From the NCBI GenBank assembly GCA_025558095.1, contig JAIVFI010000027.1:124001-188000 (forward strand): DNA of 64,000 nucleotides, in the 5' to 3' direction. Position numbers and translations under genes: made by a program. The stretch comes from Hyaloraphidium curvatum SAG 235-1 (lineage: Eukaryota > Fungi > Monoblepharomycota). Positions 54,261-64,000 of the stretch are shown here, one piece after another; position 1 is the stretch's first letter; each line of letters begins with the position of its first letter. The notes beneath the pieces are model-generated. The model did no database searches. It worked only from the letters and a program-made list of their open reading frames with translations, and was not told where the DNA came from.

Positions 54261-54991
54261 TCACATCCTGTACCGCGTCCACCCGCTCTTAAGGATCGCC
54301 TCGGCCTCCTTGCCCCTCGGTATCGCCGTCCTCCCGATGGTCCTGATCAGCTCGTCGTGGTCCGCCTTGGACGCGTCCATGGCATCGAAGCACCCGTTGC
54401 AGTCCTCGTCGAGCGGGTAGGGTTTCCCGATCCAGAACCCGAGCTCGCAGTGCTCGCGCACGCACATGGCGCGGAACCCGCCGTCGCCCTCATGCCGGTC
54501 CAGGTAGGGGTGCACGAGGGCGGAGACGCCGCGGGGTTTGTGCAGGGTGACGTGGGAGAGGATGGAGGCGAAGTCGGATTTCCGGTTGAAGAAGAGGGCG
54601 AAGTTGGGGCTGGCGTTCCGGGTCCGGGGGGGTGAGCGGGTTGCCCGGGCGGGAGAGGACGAGAGGGGAACCTACACGGGGAAGAATGCCTGGGCGGCGA
54701 TGGCGACGTCGGTCTGGAAGACGTGCGGGAACTTGGCCTTGAGCTCGGCGCGGAAAGCGAGCGCGGCGCGGACGATCTCGGGGCTGTGCGGGGGGAAGAG
54801 CACGTGGACCTGGCGTGCCGTGAAGCAATGAGATCCGGCGATCGGGATGCGGAGCATGGTCGGTCCGAGGTCGGCAGGGCCGGGGAAGGGAGACGGTCAA
54901 TGGGCGACACTGCGGACGGAAGTCGGGCCCTCACGTGGTACATGGCCACCGGCGCCTCGAATTCGTTGTCCTCGCTCCTGGGCAGCGCCAT
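54261..54991 (-). CDS. DOPA 4,5-dioxygenase (DOPA_dioxygen)-like protein, 2 introns
   Basis: MYH|VHVLF..AALAFR, VSALVHP, REH and WIGKPYPLD match the family pattern (YHxHVYF..SVLVHP..DH..WLG.P.PL). Confidence 0.72.
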
Positions 54992-55096
54992 CTCGTCTTC
55001 GGGCGCGTATGCGCAGCGCGGATCCGGCGTCGGAGGAGTTGGAGTGGTCGCGCCCCGTCGACGCGTCCGCAGTTGTTTACGTGCGCGTCCCCAATC

Positions 55097-56650
55097 ATGG
55101 ATCCCCCCTCCGCTTCCACCGACCTGCGCCGTCTCGTCGCATCGCTCTCCGCCGAGCAGCGCTTTGTCCTCCGCGGGCTGCTCTCCGCGCCGGGCTGCGC
55201 GCCGGATCTCCTCGCGGTGCTGCCGCAGGAGCTGCGCACGGCCGTCTTTGCCCGTTTGGACGCGCCCGCGCTGGCTCGCTGCGAGGCCGTCTGCAGGCGC
55301 TGGCGGGCGATGGTCGGCGGCGACGCGTGGGCGGCGCTTTTGGACCGGGAGCACCCCGGCAGGCGGCCCGCGGTGGGGATGTCCGCCGAAGAGAGGAAGC
55401 GAAGAGCCGTGGCAGCCCACCTCACCGAAAACAGGTGGCGCCAAGGCAACCCGCGGCGCCAACTGCAGCTGCGGCACTCGCGGACCGCGCCGGCGGCCGT
55501 GGCGCTGCTCTCGTTCGCAGACCTGGGCATCCAGCTCAAGCCGATCGGGTCGCCGTCATCCACCCCGCCGGGCAGCCCCGTGATCCCGCGAAGCCCCGTG
55601 TTCCGGGGCAGCCCGATCGTGGACAGTACTACAGCTGTCAGCGCCAGCACCGCGATCCCGGCTCTGAACGGCTACGTGGTGCTCCAGGCCACCCGGGACG
55701 GCGAGCTCCGCGCGGACCCCGTCGCCTTCCCTGCAGACGCAGCCAGCCCCCTCGTCGCAGGCACGTTCCCCGCCCCCGGCATCACCTGCCTCGACGCCGC
55801 CCCGGTGCCTGCAAGCTGCACCCTCTGGACTGGCAGGCAGCCCCGCGCGGTAGTTGCAGCCGGCCGCGCGAACGGAACCCTGTCTCTCTTCGGCCTGGCC
55901 TCCACCTCGCGGGGGCCGCGTTTATTCCACCTCGCCGGCGCCGGCGCAGAACACGGTTTGGTAGAGCCGGTGCTTCACACCCGGGCGGTAGAGCGCGTGC
56001 TGCTCCTCCCCGGCGCCGCCTCGGCGATCACCCTCGGCCGCGACGGCGCGCTGTGCCTCTCCAACTTTTCCGCCCCCTCGTCGGCCCCGACCGTCAAGCG
56101 GTGGTCCTTCCCGCCCGACGAGGACGGCGACCCGGACCTCGCGCGCTACTCGCTGGCCGCGTTCCCCGGCCTGGACCTGCTCCTCGCCCTCCGCATCTCC
56201 GGCGGCCGCACCCTCGCCGTCTTCCTCTCCCTCTCCTCGTTCCCCCGCATACTGGATCTCCCGCCCTTCCCGCCGCTGTTCTCCCCCGCCCTGCTCGCCG
56301 CCGACCCCGACCGAAACCTCCTGTACGCATATTCGCCCCCTGACCTGACCGCCTGGCGCCTTTGCCCCCCTTCCCCACCCACCCTCCTGCACACCTGGCC
56401 CATCGCCGCCCTCTTCCCTTCCCATCCCCCCCTCTCCCTCCGCCCCCTCCCCGACCGCTGCCTCCTCTGGTCCCCCCGCGCGCTCCTCTGGGTCTCTTCC
56501 ACGGCGCACGGCAGCGTGCACCTGGGCGAGGGCGTGCTCATCTCGGGCGGCGACGCCGCGTGCGGGGGGGACGAGGAAGGGTGGGCGGCGGCGGCGGCGG
56601 CCGAGGTGCCGGGGAGGGGCGCGGCGCTGGTCGTGGAGATGGCGCCTTGA
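55097..56650 (+). CDS. F-box protein with a probable C-terminal beta-propeller
   Basis: DLLAVLPQELRTAVFARLDAPALARCEAVCRRWR is an F-box, followed by ENRWRQG and beta-rich repeats. Confidence 0.85.
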   Translation: MDPPSASTDLRRLVASLSAEQRFVLRGLLSAPGCAPDLLAVLPQELRTAVFARLDAPALARCEAVCRRWRAMVGGDAWAALLDREHPGRRPAVGMSAEERKRRAVAAHLTENRWRQGNPRRQLQLRHSRTAPAAVALLSFADLGIQLKPIGSPSSTPPGSPVIPRSPVFRGSPIVDSTTAVSASTAIPALNGYVVLQATRDGELRADPVAFPADAASPLVAGTFPAPGITCLDAAPVPASCTLWTGRQPRAVVAAGRANGTLSLFGLASTSRGPRLFHLAGAGAEHGLVEPVLHTRAVERVLLLPGAASAITLGRDGALCLSNFSAPSSAPTVKRWSFPPDEDGDPDLARYSLAAFPGLDLLLALRISGGRTLAVFLSLSSFPRILDLPPFPPLFSPALLAADPDRNLLYAYSPPDLTAWRLCPPSPPTLLHTWPIAALFPSHPPLSLRPLPDRCLLWSPRALLWVSSTAHGSVHLGEGVLISGGDAACGGDEEGWAAAAAAEVPGRGAALVVEMAP

Positions 56651-56750
56651 GCGAGGAAAAGACGGAGGCGTGTACTACCGCGGCGCCAAAACACTACTGC
56701 TATCTAGCTGCGGATTCCGACGGAGTTTTTCGCGTCAACAAGAGGGGAGA

Positions 56751-58254
56751 TCAGGCGGGCGGCGCCTGCGCGCGCCCCCCGGTCCCCGCGAAGGCGGCGG
56801 CCGCCGCCGCGCCAACCGCGGCAAAGAGCACCGGCGCGCCGACGGCCCAGGCGATGCCGTGGGTAAACGCCGGGCCGTGCTGTGCGCTCGGGAGGAGGTG
56901 GTTCAGGGGGTGCGGCACGGCGTCGGTGCCCAGGCCGACGGTGAGGTTCCTGACGGGGCGAAGAGTCAGCGATCGCCACCCAAAGCCGCGGTCGGCAGGC
57001 GACCCACATGAACACCGCGTGCGGCCTCGCCGGCCCCCCGAACGAGAGCGAGAACGCCCTCGCCTGCAGCCCCGGATACTGCCCCAGCGCCTTGCGCACC
57101 ACCCCCGTCGTCCCCGCCATCAGCTCCTTGAGCCCCTCCTTGCCCAACGCCTCGCCCAGCTTGGCAAACAGCGGCACCGCCTCGTGCGTGCCGTTCCCCC
57201 CGCGGCGCACCGCATGCACGTGGCCCGGCGCGGCAAAGAACGCCGCCTCGGGACCCTCACCGCCGTTGCTCACCACCAGCCCGCCCTCGCCGGCGAACCC
57301 GCGCAGCTCGGTGCGGTTCTCCCCCCTGCGCGAGGCGGCGAGGTACCCCTCCACCGCGAGCCTGGTGCCCTTTGCCGCGTACGGGAAGTCGCGCACCGCG
57401 AGGCGGACGAGGGTCGACCGCGGGTGGAGCAGCAGGCCGCGCGGGGAGCGGAAAACGGGGCGGTGCGCGCCGACGAGGCGGAGGCGGACCGAGGGGCGGG
57501 AGAGGGAGGTCGAGGTGAGCACGACGAGGTTGTCGTCGGCGTGCTTGTCCGGGTCCGAGGAGGGCGGGGAGGGTTCGGCATCGTCCGAGTCGGAGGGGAG
57601 GAGGTCCAGATCGGGGAGGGTGCCCTTTTCGATGCGGTCGAACTCGCCGTCCGAGAGCCAGACGCGCTTGACGACCTTGTCCTCCGGGCCGTAGGCGAGG
57701 TCGCCGTCAGTGTCGTTGTACTCGACGACGGCGGTCAGGAGGACGGCCAGGGACGAGGTGGGCATGCCGAGGCCCTCGCCCGACGGGAGGCCGATGGTCG
57801 GGGGCGTGTTGGGGTGCTTGGACGGCGGCTGCGGGAAGTCTAGCATGAGGGTTGCCAGCGTCAGTATCCAAAACAAAGGAGCAGAGGGCACGGAAGGGCA
57901 ATCACCCTTCTCCTTGTTGTACCACGAGGCGAGGTACACCGGGGCCTCTTTCCGGCCCACTGTCTTTCCCCTCAGGGCCAGGAATCCCACCGCGAGATCG
58001 CGGTCGTCCGGCGGGCTCTTGTCCTTGTGCTTGTTGTCGCTCGCCGGCACCGAGACCGACTCGAGCACTGCCCAGTTGAACGGCTTGGGGAGCACCCAGG
58101 CGTACAGGTCGCGGTAGCCCGCCGGCGGGTCCGACACGTTCCGATGGCGATCGGGGCCGGGCTCCTCGGCGATCGCGACGACCGTCTGGCCGGGCGCGGC
58201 GGCGGCGGCGGCGACCAGCGCGCAGAGCGCCGCGGCGATGAGATGCGTGCGCAT
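56751..58254 (-). CDS. Type I membrane glycoprotein, GLMP/NCU-G1-like
   Basis: Signal MRTHLIAAALCALVAAAAAA, VVEYNDTDGD, LLLHPRSTLVRLAVRDFPY..TRLAVE. After the intron at about 56950-57006: AFSLSFG..FMNLTVGLG..GIAWAVGAPVLFAAVGA, with TGA at 56751. Confidence 0.65.
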
Positions 58255-58896
58255 CGCCGCGTCGGACGCGTCGGGGGCGCGGAGGCCGCGGCGGGGAAGC
58301 GATGCGGGCAGAAGAACAGCGCCCGGACGTCGGCGGCCGCGCGGCCGGGGCAGCGGACGCTCGCTTGCGGTCGGAGTAGCCCTGTGGCGGCGGTCGACGC
58401 GCGGCCCTTCTCCGAATCCAACCGCCCCTGAATCCCACCCGCAAAGGAACACGAAAGTGCCGAATCAGTCTCCTGGAAAGATGAGGGATCCGCTAGCTCA
58501 CATGATCCGTCTGGCCGGGCTGCCCATCAGCATCCGCCCGATCATGGCGTCTGGTCTCCGCGTCCGGCACTTGAGACCTTGGACATGATGCTGGCCTGTC
58601 CCCTGGATACAGAGCGCGACGCATTGTTTCGTCTGGAGCTCCTGGGACACTCCAATCGAACAGGTGGGAGCGAGCACGCAGCATCTATCGAAACTGGAGC
58701 CTTGGCGAGACATCCCGATCGGCAGCACGATTCTCCATGGCATCAAAGGGTAAGACGTATGAATTGGCATGAATTGGTCTTTCGAATCGAGTTGTTGCCC
58801 TCAATCGGCGCGAGTACTTGGGGGCAGCGAGCGGAGAGTTCCGACGGGCTGGTTGTCTCCCAACTGCCCTTGCTTCCGTCCCAATCTCCGGCGACC

Positions 58897-61286
58897 ATGG
58901 GCAAGATACAGGCCCTGCCGCGCGCCTCCAATGGCGGCTACGCCGGCCCCGACCCCAAGCTATCCTACGACCCGCTGGACGCGCGCCGCCCCGCGGTGGA
59001 CCTCGCCGCGCCGACCGAGGAGGAAGTGGAGGTCATGAAGCTCGCGCCGCCGCCCGAGTATCCCGAGGGCAAGGAGATCCGGCGGGTCGAGGTGGCCTGC
59101 ATCGGGACGGGGATGTGCGGGATCACGGTGGCCATGTTGGCGCAGTGGAGGCTCCGCAACGTGTCGCTGAAGATCTTTGAGAAGAACAAGAAGCCGACCG
59201 GGACTTGGCGTGGGTTGTGCAAGTGCGAGGCCGGCGTGCCGAGCGTACTGACGTTGCTCTTGTGCCTGCAGATGAGAACAAGTACCCGTTGGTATCAGGA
59301 TCGGCGGATGGTGCCTGCTGCTGAACCGACTTGCCTCCCAGTGGCTGCCGCTGCGACGTCCCCGCGCATATGTATGTCTGGAGATTCGAGCCTAATCGCT
59401 GGAGTTCCGTGTACGCGGGCACGGACGGTCAGTTACCGATACTTGCCGCAGTGGGCGAACCTTGACTAATGTGAACGGAAACAGAAATCGAACTCTACTT
59501 CAAGCGCATGATCGAAAAGTACAACGTCGACGCCTTCACGACCTACGGCGCCGAGGTAGTCTCGGCCACCTGGTCCGAGGCCCGCGCCGCATGGCGGCTC
59601 GAGGTCCGCACCGCCGACGGAGTGCAGGAGGACTGGGCTCACGTGGTCCTCAACGGGCACGGGATCCTGAACCGACCCAAGATCCCGACGTTCGAGGGCG
59701 AGGGGTCGTTCAAGGGGGTCGTGATGCACACTGCCAGGTTCGACCGGAGCGTGCCGCTGGAGGGCAAGAGGGTGGCGGTGATCGGCAACGGGTCGAGCGG
59801 CATCCAGACGATCGGGTCCATCGGGTCCAAGGTCAAGGAGCTGCACTCGTACCAGCGGACTCCGACCTGGTAGGTCGCTGTCCCGATCGCGTGCAAACGC
59901 TCGCCACTAACTCGATCTTGCAGGATCACTAACCTGTACGGAGGCACGGATGGGATCGGTCTGCTTTACGAGCTCTGTTTAGCTAGGTCCTTCTGAACGT
60001 CCCGACCGCAGACGCGCACGTCTATAGCGACGAGGAGCGCGCCTTCTTCGCCGACCGCAAGAACGCCTATGAATTCTACCTAACCGCCTGGAAGGCCGGC
60101 GCGAACCTGTTCGCCCTCTTCAAACAAGGCACCCCCGAGGCCGAGGCCGCCATCGCCGCGGGCCGCGCGCACTTGGAGAAGCACGTGCACGACCCGGAGC
60201 TGAGGAAGATCCTCACGCCGTCATGTGGGTCATTCTCTCGTGCTAGGTTGTGTGACTACGCTGAAGGGCGAGGATGCAGACCCCGTCGGATGCCGCCGCC
60301 TGACGCCACATGAGCACTACCTCGAGGTTGATGGGGCCCTGGATGCTCTGCATCCGTACCGCTTGACGCCCTCTCCGCGACCTTGCAGGCCCTGCAGCTA
60401 CCCACGACCAAGGTCATCAACTCACCCATCGAGCGCTTCACCGACACTGGAATCGTGGCCGGGGGCGTCGAGCGCCCCTGTGATGTGATCATCAAGGTTT
60501 GAGCTCCCTCCACGAACCAATGTAATCAACCTGACTTTTCCAACAGGCCACAGGGTTTGACGTGACCTATACACCGCACTTTCCTGTCACTGGACGCGGC
60601 GGCAAGACCCTCGCAGAGGAGTGGACCGAGTTTCCGTGGTCGTACAAGTCTGTCCTCTCGCACGGCTTCCCCGGATTCTTCCACGTCATGGGTCCCAACT
60701 CGCCCGTGGCGCAGGTGCCGATCCACTGTGAGCACGTTCGCGTGTAATGCTTGGTGCAAGGGATGGCTCACTGGAAGGACTAGTGGTCGAGGAGCAGCAG
60801 GTAGCATATGCAGTGCAGGTGATCGTGCGTATGCAGACCGAGGGGATCGTCGCGGTGGATCCCAAGCTCGAGGTGCAGAGAAAATGGCACGAGGGTATCC
60901 AGGAGGACCTCCGCGGCACGGTGTGGGAGGTCGACTGGTAGGTCTGGGCTGCATCAAGGTCTGGTATGGCATTGACGCACATCCAGCGGCGGGTGGTACA
61001 AGAATCAGAACAAGCACGGCGTGCTGACATCGCATTGGCCGGGGCTCAGCACCGAGTTCATGGCGATGATCCAGAGCCCGGATTGGGACGAGTTCGATCT
61101 GACTTACCTCAAGGACGTGAGTGCTCGGCGAACCTTGCGTCCTTCTATCCTGCACATACATGACTTCGACTCACGTTACCCCCTTCCTAGCTCAAGGATC
61201 CTGCAGCTAATGTGATCGAGGCCAAGTTCGGTGCCGACGTGGAGAAGGTGGCGGAGATGGGGCCGCCCGCGGAGCCGAAAGTGTAG
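58897..61286 (+). CDS. Flavin-dependent monooxygenase (BVMO/FMO-like), many introns
   Basis: CIGTGMCG, spliced GTWHENKYPGCRCDVPAH, FKGVVMHTARF, VIGNGSSG, YQRTPTW, GCRRLTP and ATGFD. Confidence 0.9.
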
Positions 61287-61361
61287 TCGGCGAAGCTAAC
61301 GGTCTAGGAGCGCAAGGTGTCAAGAAGAGTCGTGCAAAAGAGTGCTTCATCCGTCTATTAG

Positions 61362-62966
61362 TCAAGCCTCCCCCGGATCCGCCTCCACCTCCCACCACCG
61401 CATGACCACCTCCTCGCACAGCTCCCCGGGTAAGCCCCCGAAACCCACCTCGCACCACCGCGCCGCATACCGCACCGCCTCCACGTCCCCTGCGAGCAGG
61501 CTGTCGTAGCCCGTTTCCCTGGCCGCCCTGCCCACGGCGGAGCAGTGCCTCGCCGCCCCCATCCAGAGCAGAAGCCTCACGAGGCCGCGGAACCCCGCGT
61601 AAGGGCCGGCGCGGTCCCCGATCATCCACAAAGCGGCGGCGAGATCGTGCGAGGACACGGGGGCTGCACGGCCCGAGCGAGGCAGCAGGGAGGAGGTGCG
61701 GCGGACGGCGCGGAAGAGGGCGGTGCAGGCGGCGGGGTCTCCAGCGCGGCGGCCAGGATATGGACCCCGGCCGGGCGCGGTGAGGAGCAGCGCCATGGGG
61801 TTCATGTCCGGGAAAAGCAGAGCTCCGATACGGTGGAGGTACGAGATCCAGGAGGGGGTCTTGATGTGCTCCAAGAAGAGCCCGTGACGGCACAAGCCAA
61901 GGCGGAACATGCGGTCGTCCACCCGTTCGCGGAGCAGGCCGAGGTAGAGCTGCAGCATTTCTTCGCGGTTGCGGTACACGTCCGCAAGCTCGGAGGTGTG
62001 CGAGGCGAAGCTTGGTGCGGCACCGTTCGACACATCGCGGATCCAGGCGTGAGGGTACTTCAAGTGGCTCAGGACCCCCCGCGGCCGGGAAGGAGGCATC
62101 GGGAGCATCATGGCACGCAGCCATTCGTTAACACGTTCCGGCTCGGCCGCGTCAAGAACGATCCGGGCGACGGCCGCGGAGCGGGCACGGAAGAGAAGCG
62201 GAGGCCCATCCAGGGTGCCGCTCGGCGAAGGAGCAAAGCGGAAAATCTCATCAGGGTGTTGGGCCACGGTGAGACCGAGCATGGTCCGCAGTGCTGGCAC
62301 CATATCGTTCGAGGTAGGCACAGCGGAGTAGTTCGATTTGCCGTGCCGCAGGGTGTCGACGATGATGATCCCTCCGAGTCCTCCCAGCACGTCCCGGAGC
62401 AGGTCGGCGTAGATAGCAGGGTTGGCATCGATATCGGCCGCCAGCGAGCCTCGAGTAAGGAGCACGTCCTCATAGCCGGAACAAGGCTCTCGGAACAGAA
62501 AGGTCGTGAAAAGGGACGTGCGGGTGTCAAGCAACCACTCGGCCGTCCGCGGCTGTCGACCCAGGAAGGCCGCCAACAGGGCGTCTCCCGCGTCCATCGG
62601 CAGCCCAGCCTCGTCACGCCACCATTTCAGGAACGAGAGGTTGCCGGCATAGGCCGCCAGCGTCGACGGTTGTATGAGGGAGACGTCGGCGTCCGAATTG
62701 GGGTCCGCACGCGCCGCGATGTCAAACTCGAGCCTCCTCGCGGCGTCCAAAAGTCCGGCGGTGTCTAGCAGGCGTGCAGAGCAGGACTCGAGGTGCCCCG
62801 ACAAGGTTTGCGGGCCCGGCACCCCTCCTCCGCAGCGGACCGCGCAGGTCGCCGCCGCGGCACACATAGGCAAGTCCAGCCCACGCAGCCGGTAGAGGAG
62901 TACACGCAGCGCATCTTCGGCACCCCTCCGAGGCGCCAAGAACTTTGTGACCCCCAGGAAGTGCAT
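61362..62966 (-). CDS. Hypothetical protein with an ankyrin-like repeat segment, intronless
   Basis: Long ORF containing TLAAYAGNLSFLKWWRDEAGLPMDAGDALLAAFLGRQPRTAEWLLD. The start may be 62966 or 62867. Confidence 0.6.
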   Translation of the reverse strand: MHFLGVTKFLAPRRGAEDALRVLLYRLRGLDLPMCAAAATCAVRCGGGVPGPQTLSGHLESCSARLLDTAGLLDAARRLEFDIAARADPNSDADVSLIQPSTLAAYAGNLSFLKWWRDEAGLPMDAGDALLAAFLGRQPRTAEWLLDTRTSLFTTFLFREPCSGYEDVLLTRGSLAADIDANPAIYADLLRDVLGGLGGIIIVDTLRHGKSNYSAVPTSNDMVPALRTMLGLTVAQHPDEIFRFAPSPSGTLDGPPLLFRARSAAVARIVLDAAEPERVNEWLRAMMLPMPPSRPRGVLSHLKYPHAWIRDVSNGAAPSFASHTSELADVYRNREEMLQLYLGLLRERVDDRMFRLGLCRHGLFLEHIKTPSWISYLHRIGALLFPDMNPMALLLTAPGRGPYPGRRAGDPAACTALFRAVRRTSSLLPRSGRAAPVSSHDLAAALWMIGDRAGPYAGFRGLVRLLLWMGAARHCSAVGRAARETGYDSLLAGDVEAVRYAARWCEVGFGGLPGELCEEVVMRWWEVEADPGEA

Positions 62967-63186
62967 TTTCTTTGGGAAGCTACCAACATGTGATACGATG
63001 ACGGACCGCCGATCCCGCCGGCCGCCGATCCGTCGATCCAAAATGCCCGCAATGGTTCATATTCGAGATATGGTACGCTTTAGAATGCTTCGGAATATCA
63101 GAGGGCGTGTCCCAGATTGTGGATGTACACGGTCTTATTGGCAATCAAGGCTACGAGTACAGCATGCTTCTGGTACATGCAGAGAG

Positions 63187-63873
63187 TCAAGCTGCGGGTG
63201 CTTCGACGGCCGCCACTGCTTTCTCCAGCTCTTGCGTCCTGTCCTGTCCAATCTCTTCCGCTATCACCTTGATCGCGGCCTCGTACACCGCCGGGGGTGC
63301 GGCAGCCCGGAACGCAGCCAGGACCGCCGCATTTTCGGCCGTCCTCCTTGCGGGAACGATGTAGCGGAACCACAGGAGCAAAGTATCGGGCGACATCTCC
63401 CCCATGATTCCGATCTGGTGCTGGACGAGCTCGGCGTCCGTAAAGTGCTCCATCATGTGCTTCTCGATCGTGGCTTCCTCGTGGGCCATGTGGAGGAGGT
63501 ATGTGCCGTGATACTCGGCCATGGCGGCTGCGAAAGCGTCGAGGCCGGAGACGGCGGGGTCCGCTGCGGCTGTCTCGGGGTCGAGCGCCTCAAGCTTGGC
63601 CTCGAGGGCGTCCAGCTCCGCTTCGAGAGCGGCGTGGTCATCGTCTGCCCCTGCGGCCACAAGGTGCGGCACTCGATCGGCGAGGGGATTGAGGATCCAC
63701 TTTTCCTCGGTCGCTGCGTGGTCACGGAGGAGTCGGGCAGCGTCGGCGAAGCGGGAGCGGAGGCGGGCGACGTCGGCGGCCGACGACGCCGAGCCCGCAA
63801 GGAGGGAGACTTGGGAGAGAGCGTTGCGCAGGCCGCGGTGCGGCGGGTCGAGCGGGCGGAGCGTGGCGGGCAT
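63187..63873 (-). CDS. Hemerythrin/HHE-domain protein, intronless
   Basis: PHRGLR, DHAATEE, DDDH and LLHMAHEE supply the H/HxxxE di-metal ligand set. Confidence 0.85.
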   Translation of the reverse strand: MPATLRPLDPPHRGLRNALSQVSLLAGSASSAADVARLRSRFADAARLLRDHAATEEKWILNPLADRVPHLVAAGADDDHAALEAELDALEAKLEALDPETAAADPAVSGLDAFAAAMAEYHGTYLLHMAHEEATIEKHMMEHFTDAELVQHQIGIMGEMSPDTLLLWFRYIVPARRTAENAAVLAAFRAAAPPAVYEAAIKVIAEEIGQDRTQELEKAVAAVEAPAA

Positions 63874-63959
63874 GGTTCTGTGTGCTCAGAGGGAGGGGAT
63901 GCAGACTGCTGTTTCGGCGACTCGGATTGCGGGTTCTGTAACGGCCGCCAACAGGGTGC

Positions 63960-63965
63960 TTTATA
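63960..63965 (-). promoter_or_regulatory. Putative TATA box (TATAAA)
   Basis: About 90 nt upstream of the hemerythrin ATG in a GC-rich background. Confidence 0.5.
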
Positions 63966-64000
63966 CTCCTTCCGGAGGCGCAGCGCACAGCTTCTGAGGG

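Noticed and set aside
39178-61286. Secondary-metabolite gene cluster (esterase, MFS, NMO, BVMO, dioxygenase)
   Set aside because: There is no backbone synthase, and the genes are interleaved with unrelated housekeeping genes.
61347-61364. TGA-CTA readthrough context at the end of the ankyrin-like gene
   Set aside because: The extension would be only LIDG with no PTS1, so it is probably chance.

Overview
This is a GC-rich eukaryotic window with about 34 closely packed protein-coding genes. Many are split by short (about 45-100 nt) GT-AG introns with CTRAY-like branch points, and GTGGGT is the most frequent donor. Gene content (PMC1/PMCA-type Ca-ATPase, PAM18, fungal MFS transporters, nitronate monooxygenase, MYND and F-box proteins, GT47 exostosins) and intron style suggest an early-diverging, chytrid/Monoblepharidomycete-like fungus; this is inference only. 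I found no rRNA, tRNA, CRISPR array or recognisable transposon. The most notable items are: (1) an intronless 7-TM protein with the architecture of the gustatory/odorant-receptor ion-channel (7TMIC/GRL) superfamily, nested between two domain-shuffled secreted paralogs; (2) an AGC-like kinase with a cleavable signal peptide; (3) a GLMP/NCU-G1-like membrane protein; (4) two exostosins plus a sulfotransferase-fold protein with degenerate catalytic motifs; (5) several bacterial-type domains (META, hemerythrin, choice-of-anchor-R-like, Asp-box propeller); (6) four enzymes ending in PTS1-type tripeptides; and (7) a repeated C-rich to G-rich switch at the 3' ends of coding strands. Exon boundaries were inferred by eye. 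Family calls rest on recalled motifs, not on database searches.
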